NCBI GenBank assembly: GCA_965200315.1
Contig: OZ241362.1
Span: 2,496,001-2,560,000, forward strand
Direction of reading: 5' to 3'
DNA: 64,000 nt
Source of the DNA: Candidatus Latescibacterota bacterium
Lineage (GTDB): Bacteria > Latescibacterota > UBA2968 > UBA8231
Shown here: positions 9,410-18,203 of the stretch, piece after piece
Position numbering within the stretch: the stretch's first letter is position 1
Layout of the letters: every line of letters starts with the position of its first letter
The notes under the pieces: generated by a model
Told to the model about the DNA's origin: nothing
Seen by the model: only the letters and a program-made list of their open reading frames with translations
Databases searched by the model: none
Position numbers and translations under genes: made by a program

Positions 9410-9557
9410 TACGCAGGTCTTGGGCTGGGCCTGCCTTTCCTGCAAGGACGATTAGGACCCCGTACCCTAAGCCTGCGTAGCGTCGGCTTCGGTTCCCCCT
9501 TCCGCTTCGGAAGGGGGGCTCGTTCCTAGACTGCACAACGTCAGGTACTAAGCAGTC
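9410..9557. promoter_or_regulatory. Three-hairpin structured intergenic element upstream of aroG (candidate leader RNA)
   Basis: Stems at 9529-9557 (GACTGC/GCAGTC), 9495-9517 (CCCCCTTCCG/CGGAAGGGGG) and 9410-9479 (TACGCAGG/CCTGCGTA closing a long interrupted stem). Confidence 0.45.
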
Positions 9558-9584
9558 ATATATATTCACGCGCCGCTCGCCCCC

Positions 9585-10808
9585 CTAACCACCCGGCACC
9601 CAACCCAAAGCGGTAAAATTCTTGCCGGTGAGGCTCCGCATAAAGCGCGCCCGCTCGCGCGCTTCCTCTAGCTCCTCGCGCAGGTCTTCCGGCCGATGTG
9701 CCCGGCCCCGACGCACGGTCAATACCGGCTCGATTTTGCGATTGCCCTGCTCGCGCCGGCCGCGCACGTCTTGGAACTCGAACGTCCCCTCCAGCACCTC
9801 AAACGCCGCCAGATCCGCCACCGTCCCCTCCCGCAGAGTACCTAACTCCTCGCCGCGCCCGATGGCGTCAGCCGCCGCGGCCGTGCTCTGTTGCACGACG
9901 CGCTCCAGCGGCACTCCCAAGTTGAGCAACTTCGACGCGGTCTCCGGCATACTCTCGATCGGGCTGTCCCAGCTATGCGCGTGCAAATCCGTGCTAATCA
10001 CATCGGCGATAAAACCGTCAGCCAGTGCCTGTATTGCGATCCCGTAGTCAAAACTGCCGCCGCCGTGCCCCACGTCGAAGAGCACCCCCCGCTCCCGCGC
10101 TTCCCACACCTGCGGCACCACCGTCCCTGAGTCGTCTACCACGCAGTCTCCCGTGCCTTGATAACAATGGGTCACCACATCGCTGGGCCGCAGCAGGGCG
10201 AGCACCTCCACAATCGGCACCCCTCGGGCGATGTGTACCATCACCGGCACCCCCGCCCACTCGGCCGCCTGCACCGCCAACTGCAAGGGTTTGGTCCCAT
10301 TCTCGCCGACTTGGAACCCGCCCTGCCGCACCTTGACGCCGACGCAGTGCTCCTGCCAATGATGGGCCACAAACGCCGTGCGCTCTGGATCGCCGTACTG
10401 CAAATCGACCATCTCCCCCACCGGCCCACAGGTCAAACCAATCGCCGAAATATGCACGTACGCCAAAACTTGGGTCCGCGCCGGCTCGATCACGTAATCG
10501 ACAAATCCCTCAAAGTTGGCCCACCCCGCGCTGCCAGCATCGACGATTGTCGTCACGCCCGTGGCCAAGCACAGCGCATCGCCGCGGATCCCCCAAGTCG
10601 TGCAGCCGGCGTAGAGGTGCGCGTGGATATCGATCCATCCCGGCGTCAGGAGCTTGCCGGACAGGTCGATCATCTCCGCCGCTGGGGCCGTTATCTCCTC
10701 GGCCACTGCGGCGATCTGCTCCCCGACGATCCCCACGTCGCGGATCCCGTCCACGCCCTGCGCCGGGTCCATCACCCGTGCGCCCTTTAACAACAGATCG
10801 TAGGCCAT
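9585..10808 (-). CDS. Amidohydrolase/deacetylase family metallohydrolase (dihydroorotase-like)
   Basis: MAYDLLLKGARVMDP, PGWIDIHAH, GVTTIVDAGSAG, FDVGHGGGSF and ISTDLH. Confidence 0.9.
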   Translation of the reverse strand: MAYDLLLKGARVMDPAQGVDGIRDVGIVGEQIAAVAEEITAPAAEMIDLSGKLLTPGWIDIHAHLYAGCTTWGIRGDALCLATGVTTIVDAGSAGWANFEGFVDYVIEPARTQVLAYVHISAIGLTCGPVGEMVDLQYGDPERTAFVAHHWQEHCVGVKVRQGGFQVGENGTKPLQLAVQAAEWAGVPVMVHIARGVPIVEVLALLRPSDVVTHCYQGTGDCVVDDSGTVVPQVWEARERGVLFDVGHGGGSFDYGIAIQALADGFIADVISTDLHAHSWDSPIESMPETASKLLNLGVPLERVVQQSTAAAADAIGRGEELGTLREGTVADLAAFEVLEGTFEFQDVRGRREQGNRKIEPVLTVRRGRAHRPEDLREELEEARERARFMRSLTGKNFTALGWVPGG

Positions 10809-10839
10809 TTCCCTTTCTCCATTAAACCACTGCGGCTGC

Positions 10840-10871
10840 TTGACACGCCTAGTCCCAAACCCGTATATAAT
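10840..10871 (+). promoter_or_regulatory. Putative sigma70 promoter for the Ldh_2/dehydrogenase pair
   Basis: TTGACA at 10840-10845 followed by TATATAAT at 10864-10871. Confidence 0.45.
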
Positions 10872-10901
10872 TCGCTTTTTTACCTCAACCAGAGAGCCAT
10901 C

Positions 10902-11903
10902 ATGGGAAACACTCCACCTGCCGAAGGCCTCCGCATCCCAGCCGCTGCCTTGCGCCAACTCACCGCCGACTTTTTCCACAAGGCCGGCACCAACTTGGCC
11001 GACTCCCAGCTCCTCGCCGACCTTTTGACTGCCACCGACCTGCGCGGCGTCCACAGCCACGGCACTTGGCAGGTCCCTGGGTACGTGCATCTGATGCTCG
11101 AAGGCCGCGTCAATCCCCGCCCTAATATAAAGGTGACCCGTTCGACCACCACTGCCCGCGTCTATGACGGCGATGGCGGCATGGGGCATTTTCCCTGCCA
11201 CCAAGCCATGACTTGGGTAGCTGAGACGGCCGCGGAGTACGGCACGGCCGCGGCCACCACCCGCAACCACTTCCACTTTGGCAGCGCCGGCAAGTACTCG
11301 CGGATAGCCGCCGCGGCCGGCTGCGTGGGGATCGCCATCTCCTCGCACCGCTATGACCTGCCGCCGGACTCGCTAGTCAAACGCGTCAACGCCACCTCGC
11401 CTATTAGCATCGCCTTCCCCAATGGGGAGCAACCGCCCCTCGTGCTCGACATGGGCGCACACATGCTGCCCTGGGGCGAGGAACTCTTCGCTCAGATCCC
11501 CTTCGCCTTCTTCAAGGAGCTGGGCATCGGCGCGGTAAACCGGGCACTAGGCGGCGTGCTAGCCGGGATTTACCTGCCGCAATTTATCCCGCCGACATCG
11601 CCTTGGGAATCCAACCAAGGGGCCTTCCTCGCCGCCTTTGACGTGCGCGCCTTTATGCCTTTAGAAGAATTCCAAGCGCAGATGGACGAGTTCGTTGCTG
11701 CCGCGCGCAACATGCGGCCCTTTCCCGGCCTCGACCGCGCCGAGCTGCCCGGCAATCTGGAGTGGGAACGGGAGCGCGAGTACGCCTGCCACGGCATACC
11801 CATCAGCCCCCAACAACAACAGCACCTTCAGGACTTGGCCGACGAACTGGGAGTGCCCACTCCCTTCGCCTCCTACGAACACACTCGCTTTACTGCCCCT
11901 TAG
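10902..11903 (+). CDS. Ldh_2 family oxidoreductase (malate/L-lactate/ureidoglycolate dehydrogenase-like)
   Basis: DLRGVHSHG, DGDGGMG, RNHFHFG and LVLDM. Confidence 0.88.
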   Translation: MGNTPPAEGLRIPAAALRQLTADFFHKAGTNLADSQLLADLLTATDLRGVHSHGTWQVPGYVHLMLEGRVNPRPNIKVTRSTTTARVYDGDGGMGHFPCHQAMTWVAETAAEYGTAAATTRNHFHFGSAGKYSRIAAAAGCVGIAISSHRYDLPPDSLVKRVNATSPISIAFPNGEQPPLVLDMGAHMLPWGEELFAQIPFAFFKELGIGAVNRALGGVLAGIYLPQFIPPTSPWESNQGAFLAAFDVRAFMPLEEFQAQMDEFVAAARNMRPFPGLDRAELPGNLEWEREREYACHGIPISPQQQQHLQDLADELGVPTPFASYEHTRFTAP

Positions 11904-11917
11904 AAGAAGAGGAAGAG

Positions 11918-12916
11918 ATGACCCAACCCCGCATCCTGTCCAGCGTCGAGATCGAATTTCAAGGCCAAAGCCAAGCCCGCGAGCTTATTGAGCGCGCCGG
12001 CTTTGCCGTTGAGGTCCGGCACCCCCAACCCGGCTGGCCCGACGAGGAAACGCGCACCAAGCTAGACGGTTGCGACGCGCTACTGGCCGGTGGCGAAAAC
12101 CTCAACGCCGCCACTATGGACCAAGCAGCACAGCTCAAGATCATCGCCCGCAACGGCGTCGGTTTCGACAAGGTCGACCTCGATTACTGCACTCAGCGCG
12201 GCATCGTCGTCACCAATACTCCAGGTGCCATGGCCGACGCAGTGGCCGACCTGACCTTGGCCCTGCTCCTCGGGCTGGTGCGCTCGCTCAAGTTAGGCGA
12301 CCAGCGGGTCAAAACGGAAGACACCTACGACGTTCCGGTCGGCGAAGACTTGTGCGCCATGACCTTGGGGCTAGTCGGCTGTGGCCGCATCGGCGCCGAG
12401 GTCGTGCGCCGCGCTTGTGGTTTTAAGATGCGGGTCTTGGTCCACGACCCCTATATCGACGACGCGCAAATCCGCGCCTTCGGTGCCGAGCCTGCCGACC
12501 GCGCCGCCCTTCTGTCCCAAGCCGACGCCGTCACCTTGCACCTGCCGCTGACCGAGGAAAACCGCCACCTCGTCAATGCCGAGTTCCTCGGCCTTATGAA
12601 AGAAGGGGCCTACCTGATCAACACCGCCCGCGGCGGTTTAGTGGACGAGGCTGCCCTGATCGCCGCGCTCGACAGCGGCCATCTAGCCGGTGCGGGCCTC
12701 GATTGCCAAGCCACCGAGCCGCCGCAAGGCCAATCCCTTGAACTGGTCTGCCGCAACAAGGTGCTGGCCCTGCCCCACACCGGCTCCAAGACCCTAAGTG
12801 CCCGCAAGCGCATGGCCCTCGTCGCCGCGCAGAGCATCGTCGCGCTGTTGCAGGGCAGAGTCCCCGATCACGTGGTCAACAAAGAAGTGCTGGATAGGTT
12901 GGATTTGGCGGGATAG
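11918..12916 (+). CDS. D-isomer-specific 2-hydroxyacid dehydrogenase (phosphoglycerate dehydrogenase-like)
   Basis: RNGVGFDKVD, GLVGCGRIG, LINTARGGLVDE, AGLD and PHTG. Confidence 0.92.
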   Translation: MTQPRILSSVEIEFQGQSQARELIERAGFAVEVRHPQPGWPDEETRTKLDGCDALLAGGENLNAATMDQAAQLKIIARNGVGFDKVDLDYCTQRGIVVTNTPGAMADAVADLTLALLLGLVRSLKLGDQRVKTEDTYDVPVGEDLCAMTLGLVGCGRIGAEVVRRACGFKMRVLVHDPYIDDAQIRAFGAEPADRAALLSQADAVTLHLPLTEENRHLVNAEFLGLMKEGAYLINTARGGLVDEAALIAALDSGHLAGAGLDCQATEPPQGQSLELVCRNKVLALPHTGSKTLSARKRMALVAAQSIVALLQGRVPDHVVNKEVLDRLDLAG

Positions 12917-12979
12917 TGGGGAACGGCGAGGGCGAGGATGTCGGGAATATTGTCACAGCACTCTCCTCGTCCTAGATCG

Positions 12980-13006
12980 ATAATATACCATTTAATGGTA
13001 TATTAT
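12980..13006. promoter_or_regulatory. Perfect 13-bp inverted repeat, probable operator of the decayed TA locus
   Basis: ATAATATACCATT-T-AATGGTATATTAT lies 7 bp upstream of ATG 13014. Confidence 0.65.
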
Positions 13007-13013
13007 TTTAACC

Positions 13014-13422
13014 ATGCCATAGACAGTTTACCTGACCCAAAGAGCGTATAAGCAACTGGCGAAGCTACCGCAGAGGCTCTGGGACTTGGCCGACCTTGCA
13101 GTGGCTGACATGGAAGAACAGGGTATTAATCCACAAAGCTGGGACACTCTGAAAACCGATGATAACGAGTATCACTTGCGTCTAAACCATCGTTGCGGCG
13201 GTTGAGTGTCTTAGGTACTTGGGTGCTTGGTGGTTAGTGCGTACGTCCTTGGGGGCCCGGCCCGCAGGCCGGCCTGCGGCCGAGACGACCGCGCACCCAG
13301 CCAAGCACCGTAGCTCACGAATAATGTAGGACGGCTATAGAGTGCGCTATCGCGTCCCGGATAGGCAGACCTTGGAAATTGAAGTGTTATATATTGGGCA
13401 CCGACGGGCGGCATACAGATGA
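13014..13422 (+). pseudogene. RelE/ParE-superfamily toxin pseudogene (nonsense codon plus ~142-bp insertion)
   Basis: Manual translation gives MP*TVYLTQRAYKQLAKLPQRL...EYHLRLNHR (13014-13193), which resumes as YRVRYRVPDRQTLEIEVLYIGHRRAAYR* (13336-13422). Confidence 0.8.
13194..13335. mobile_element. Non-coding hairpin insertion (MITE/REP-like) inside the toxin gene
   Basis: Interrupts the RelE-like frame. Arms GGTGCTTGG (13222-13230) and CCAAGCACC (13301-13309), with an internal perfect palindrome CCGCAGGCCGGCCTGCGG (13262-13279). Ends are approximate. Confidence 0.6.
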
Positions 13423-13476
13423 ATCAAGCATTGGAAATCCATCACGACCTAGCTGACGCAATCGTCAAACCCAGTG

Positions 13477-14057
13477 TCACAGTGAACCAAAAACGGCTAA
13501 AGTCTTTTGAGCATGTCTCTCCAACATTGCACCGTATGATGGCCAATTTGGAGGAAGAAGCTCCAAGTCCACCAGCCGACCTTCCAATTGAGCTTTATTA
13601 AAGCAGAACCTCTCTGCCGTTTCTACGAATGACTCAACCAACTCGCAGCTATCAAACTCTTCTACACTAAACGGATAGTTGTCGAACATCGCCAAGACGT
13701 CCCTTGGAGTTGACCGGCGACCTCTCACAAATTCCCGCTTCGACCACACCCTCGTTTTCTCGCACGCACGAGAATCAAAACTGATAGACGTCAGTTCTAC
13801 CAGGGGGCTGCTCCGGTATTGAGCACGAGTACAAGATCGATATCAGATAGCGCGTTTAGAAGGGCTAGGTGCAACGGCATCTCGGGATTACCGAGAACAT
13901 CTTCACCTAATTTGGCCAGCGCGTAGCCATGATCTATAAGGCGGGACACGATCTGCCGACGCTTCTTCAAGTCGGGTGGCTGCGCTTCTCCCGGACCTAG
14001 GACGACTATCCTCAGGTTCTCACGTCGCAGCAGCCTAGCATACGGGTCGGCGTTCAA
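13477..14057 (-). pseudogene. Nucleoside-deoxyribosyltransferase/TIR-like fold protein with a 1-nt frameshift
   Basis: ORFs 13797..14057 and 13477..13749 join if one base is added to the G5 run at 13803-13807 (...NTGAAP-LVELTSISF...VWSKREF). The pattern IVVLGPG...KRRQI...LGED...DLVLVL..G..P..EL is NDT/TIR-like. Confidence 0.55.
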
Positions 14058-14536
14058 ACTTTGGAGCTAGCCTGCTCGTCCATGGAGGACTCAGCAAGCA
14101 ACTTGTCGCCGTACTCGCTGAGCCTGATCCGGGTGGGGCTCGCCTCGCACAAGTTGGCTCCAGCCAAGCGCACTACGGACCTGAGAGCATCGTGCGGCTC
14201 ACCTTCAATCATATTCGGCAGCTCTTCCCACCTAATTGATGTCTTGCGGTCTAAAGCGTCTAGCAACTGTCGAGCGGTCGGGTCCAGATACACCGCGGCT
14301 AAGCGCTCTTGGTTTTGTCGCTCCAACTTCTGCATTTCTACAAACCACCTTGCTAATGCCGATAAATCCACTCGGCCAGAGACGACAGGGACCTCCACAT
14401 CAGAACCGCTGTTTCTGAACACATCCCATCGAAGCGAAAAGTGGGGGAAGGAAGTTGGCTGCTCAAAGTAGTCTGACGAACCCGTCTCTAAGTCTATACC
14501 TGACCACTCAGTGGGGACAACAGGGGAGATAGTCAT
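14054..14536 (-). CDS. Hypothetical protein with possible C-terminal winged helix
   Basis: ATG 14536 lies 2 nt after the upstream stop. The C-terminus ARQLLDAL...RSVVRLAGANLCE...IRLSEYGDKLL is wHTH-like. Its stop overlaps the next start. Confidence 0.55.
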   Translation of the reverse strand: MTISPVVPTEWSGIDLETGSSDYFEQPTSFPHFSLRWDVFRNSGSDVEVPVVSGRVDLSALARWFVEMQKLERQNQERLAAVYLDPTARQLLDALDRKTSIRWEELPNMIEGEPHDALRSVVRLAGANLCEASPTRIRLSEYGDKLLAESSMDEQASSKV

Positions 14537-14538
14537 GG

Positions 14539-15219
14539 CTAACGCCCTTCTCGTGGTTTGAGGATTTTCGTTAAGACCCTTATAAAATCGTGGTATTCTT
14601 GGTCTAAAGCTTGTGCGAGCCACTCTGCCGGAGGTATTTCGTCTCCTAGCTTTATATGAACATTCAGATTAGCCAAGTAGTTTCGGCCTTCGTATAGGTT
14701 CTCTCGGGGCTCAATGCGGAGATCGTATCGTCTATCGCGGGCGGCATACCAGAACCTTGCGGATGCACCCATGATGTCGTACCCGGTATCCCCAAGCACC
14801 TCTTCCTGCACAAGACATCTTAGAAGCATCTTGCTCGGCAGTTCCTCATCTTCAGGTTCCGCTTCAATATGGAAATTGAGACCAACTGCCGCGTAGCCTC
14901 GTTTGCTCTGATTACCGATGTATTCGGCAATTCGGACTACGCGGCTGGGAAAATCTGTCCGCACTGGCATCTCAGCACTTCCATCGTCAAAGTCCATTCT
15001 GTTTGGCCTGATGGTGACAGTGATTTGGTTGCGCATACTTGACAGGACGAGCCCGTCATCAGAGGGACGTCGCTCTGGCGCGTCAATGAATTGACTCAAA
15101 CCCATTAGATCGACCCCAAGTAGCAGTCCCATCTCCTGCCCAACGAACACTCCTGTGGGGCCACCTGCCACGTAAACTACTACTGTCTTTAGCTTCTTGA
15201 CTGAGTCTAGTGCGATCAA
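14539..15219 (-). CDS. Hypothetical protein, TIGR04255-like
   Basis: 226 aa. The pattern ITVTIRPNRMDF...AAVGLNF...LRIEP...ANLNVH resembles TIGR04255-type proteins; not verified by search. Confidence 0.5.
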   Translation of the reverse strand: MIALDSVKKLKTVVVYVAGGPTGVFVGQEMGLLLGVDLMGLSQFIDAPERRPSDDGLVLSSMRNQITVTIRPNRMDFDDGSAEMPVRTDFPSRVVRIAEYIGNQSKRGYAAVGLNFHIEAEPEDEELPSKMLLRCLVQEEVLGDTGYDIMGASARFWYAARDRRYDLRIEPRENLYEGRNYLANLNVHIKLGDEIPPAEWLAQALDQEYHDFIRVLTKILKPREGR

Positions 15220-15440
15220 AGGTTCACCCGTAAACGACCTACTATAGCCGCCGATCCTCCACCCGGACCAAAGAAGTACCCAATTTTAGCAGGCTGCGGA
15301 AAAACGCGGTCATACCGCATATTGCAAGGGTTTTGATACAAAGATAGAAGCCATGAAAACTAGAGGCAACAACGAACGCGAGCAGGCCTGCTAGTGCGCC
15401 CAAGGCATGGTGCATTGCTGTCACCGATCCTCTCCGGCAT

Positions 15441-16229
15441 TCAGGCTGGCCGGCCGCCCTCCTCCAGCCCCACCCCCGGCGGCATAAAAAACTCGTACTG
15501 CTCCGGCGTACCGTAGCCTTCCATCTCCGTCAGCCGCACCCCCGTGCTGTCGAGCGCCGCCTCGACGATCCGCTTGTTGAAGGCACTGACGTTTTCATCG
15601 GCCAGATAGTCGGCCACTGGCATCCACAGACACTCGGCGATCTCGTCCTCTTGGATGCGAATCTCGGTGCTCAGGGGACGCAGGCGGCAGACGAAGTAAA
15701 TATCCGACTTGCCGAAGTGGTAGCCGTGCCAGTGGCGAAAACAGACCAGCGCGTCGAACTCCGTCTCGACTCCGGTCTCTTCAATGACTTCGCGCACCAC
15801 AGCTTCGGCCAAGTGCTCGCCCGCGTGCAACGCGCCGCCGGGCAGCTTGTAGCGCGGCGGACCGGGCGCACGCCGATGGTACTTTTCGCTGACCACCAAC
15901 AGCTCCCGCGCCTCGTTGAGCACCACCCCGCCCGCGCCGATGTAGTGCGAAGCGTGAGCCGGCACATAAGCGCCTTCTTCTAGTTGCAAGGTCATCATTA
16001 AATAACCGTCGCCGCTGTGGTGGAATGTAAACCCGGCTTCCACCGCTATGGGGATCAACGCCGCCTTGGCAATCGGGACTTCCAGCCAGACCACCCGATA
16101 GCCTTCATCCTTCCAAGCCGCCAGCGAAACGCGCAGCCGCTCGGCAAACACCGCCGGCTCGGAGTCAAGTGCCTCTGGTTTGGGAATAATGCCACCGAAT
16201 GGATTAGTCGTTGCCGCAATAGGTTCCAT
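15441..16229 (-). CDS. Nudix hydrolase of NUDT6/plant NUDT2-like architecture
   Basis: N-terminal SLAAWKDEGYRVVWLEVP...GFTFHH domain, then HYIGAGGVV, Nudix box GG...GEHLAEAVVREVIEETG and FGKSDIYFVC. Confidence 0.88.
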   Translation of the reverse strand: MEPIAATTNPFGGIIPKPEALDSEPAVFAERLRVSLAAWKDEGYRVVWLEVPIAKAALIPIAVEAGFTFHHSGDGYLMMTLQLEEGAYVPAHASHYIGAGGVVLNEARELLVVSEKYHRRAPGPPRYKLPGGALHAGEHLAEAVVREVIEETGVETEFDALVCFRHWHGYHFGKSDIYFVCRLRPLSTEIRIQEDEIAECLWMPVADYLADENVSAFNKRIVEAALDSTGVRLTEMEGYGTPEQYEFFMPPGVGLEEGGRPA

Positions 16230-16354
16230 ACCCGCCTCCCTCAATGGCCGCTAGTGATAGCAAACCCCGCTTGGCGTGTCAACCCGTCTAACTTGGCCCA
16301 CTGCCAAGCCGTACTCTATACTATCGCCCGACGCAAAAATACGAGGACTAGCCC

Positions 16355-18193
16355 ATGCAACGCACACTGCACAGAAAGCTCATCGGCCCCAAGGCCCATC
16401 GCCAACTCCTCACCTTCCTCGGCGAGCACCTGCCCCACTTCACGCCCCCCACGTCAGCAGCAGCTTGGCGCGAGCAAGTCCCGACCCTGCGCGCCCAAGT
16501 CCTCGACCTATTCTTCCGCGGCCATCCCGCCGGTCTCCTCGCGGAACAGCCGCAAGTCCACTGGGGCGACCGCATCGAGACGGATGCTGGCTACACCATC
16601 CGCAAGCTGCGCTACGAGGGCTACCCCGGCCTCTGGGTCCCGGCTCTGCTCTACGAGCCTGACCAACTCGGGGAGAAGGCCCCGGCCGTCCTCAACCCCA
16701 ACGGCCACCACGCTGGCGGCAAGGCCATGGACTACAAACAGGCCCGCTGCATCAACCTCGCCAAACGCGGGATGCTAGCGCTCAACACCGAATTTCTGGG
16801 GATGGGCGAACTCCGCGCGGACATCGACCACAATCGCATCGCCCACCTCGACCTGTGCGGCATCGCTGGCATCGGCGTGTTCTATCTCTTGATGAAACGC
16901 GGCCTCGATGTGCTGCTTGCCCACCCCAAGGCCGATCCCGAGCGCGTAGGGATGACCGGCCTGTCGGGCGGCGGCTGGCAGACGGCCTTACTCTCGGCCC
17001 TCGACGAACGGGTCAAAGTCATAGTCCCGGTCGCCGGTCATTCGGCTGTTTGGCAGCGCCGGGGCTGCATCGAGGACATTGGCGACCAAGAGCAATGCCC
17101 GGCTGACCTCTGCACAATCGCCGACTACGACGCGCTCTCTGCGCTCTTTGCGCCGCGGCCGACCTTGCTCATCTACAACCGCCACGACGACTGCTGCTTC
17201 CAGACGCGGCGAGCGCGCAAATCCATCTACGAACCCATCCGACCGGTCTTCACACTCCTCGACGCCCGCGACAACATCGCCCTCCACGACAACACCGACC
17301 CCGGCACCCACAACTACGAGCGCGACAACCGCCGCCAACTCTACAAATTTCTCAACCAACGCTGGGGATTGGAAACATCCGACGACGACCTGCCCTATAG
17401 CGACGAATTGCAAACCGAAGAAGCCCTCGCCATCGGCCTGCCCCCGGACAACGCCACCCTGATCTCCATCGCGCAGGCAGCTCTTGGCAAGATCAGAACG
17501 CGCAAAAGAAAAGCGTACGCTCCGGCCGCCGCACGCCAAGCACTCGCCTCGTTACTCAAGCTGCCGCAGTGGAAGAATCGATCCCGGCAAAAAGTCGGCA
17601 GCGCGCAAAAGCGCAAAGACGGCACCATCCAACACTACCTATTGCACCTCGACGATACCTGGACCCTGCCGCTGACCGAATACGCGCCGCCGCGCCCCCG
17701 AGGCACCGAGCTGCTCATCGCCGATGGCGGCCGCGGTGCGCTCGCCGCTCCGCTAGCCACCGCCCTCGCGCGAGGCCGCCGAGTGCTCGTCGCCGACATC
17801 TTCGCTACCGGCGAGCTCCACACCGACCCGCGCCACCAGATGCTGGTCGCTACTGCTGGCCAGCGCCCGCTCGGCATCCAAGTCGGCCAAGTGCTCGCGC
17901 TGTTGGCGACGGCAAGCCAAAAGAGCCGGGCACTACACCTGACGGCTCACGGCCGCGTCTGCCCGGTCGTCGCGCTAATCACCGCCGCGCTCAAACCCCA
18001 AGCACTCGCCTCGCTGACGACCAACGCCCTCATTGACTCCCTCGGCCGCCTCATCGACTGGCCGCTGTCCTACGACGCCGTCCCATCCCTTTACTGCTTT
18101 GGCCTGCTGGCCAAATTCGACATCCCCGACCTCATTGCACTCTCAGCACCCGTGCCGCTTGCCGATCCCCATCGCGGACCGCTGCGCCGCTGA
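16355..18193 (+). CDS. Alpha/beta hydrolase (acetylxylan esterase-like), two-domain
   Basis: PAVLNPNGH, nucleophile elbow GLSGGG, APRP, DCCF and HNY. Confidence 0.8.
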   Translation: MQRTLHRKLIGPKAHRQLLTFLGEHLPHFTPPTSAAAWREQVPTLRAQVLDLFFRGHPAGLLAEQPQVHWGDRIETDAGYTIRKLRYEGYPGLWVPALLYEPDQLGEKAPAVLNPNGHHAGGKAMDYKQARCINLAKRGMLALNTEFLGMGELRADIDHNRIAHLDLCGIAGIGVFYLLMKRGLDVLLAHPKADPERVGMTGLSGGGWQTALLSALDERVKVIVPVAGHSAVWQRRGCIEDIGDQEQCPADLCTIADYDALSALFAPRPTLLIYNRHDDCCFQTRRARKSIYEPIRPVFTLLDARDNIALHDNTDPGTHNYERDNRRQLYKFLNQRWGLETSDDDLPYSDELQTEEALAIGLPPDNATLISIAQAALGKIRTRKRKAYAPAAARQALASLLKLPQWKNRSRQKVGSAQKRKDGTIQHYLLHLDDTWTLPLTEYAPPRPRGTELLIADGGRGALAAPLATALARGRRVLVADIFATGELHTDPRHQMLVATAGQRPLGIQVGQVLALLATASQKSRALHLTAHGRVCPVVALITAALKPQALASLTTNALIDSLGRLIDWPLSYDAVPSLYCFGLLAKFDIPDLIALSAPVPLADPHRGPLRR

Positions 18194-18203
18194 GGACAAC
18201 CCC

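Noticed and set aside
9585-11348. 587-aa ORF and other long N-terminal extensions or antisense ORFs in the track (e.g. 11762, 27852, 30875, 54891-57236 +)
   Set aside because: GC-rich shadow frames. Recognisable domains and RBSs place the true starts downstream, and the antisense ORFs overlap well-conserved genes.
13477-14057. Retron, given the resemblance to NDT-like retron effectors
   Set aside because: No RT gene or msr/msd-like arrangement next to it.
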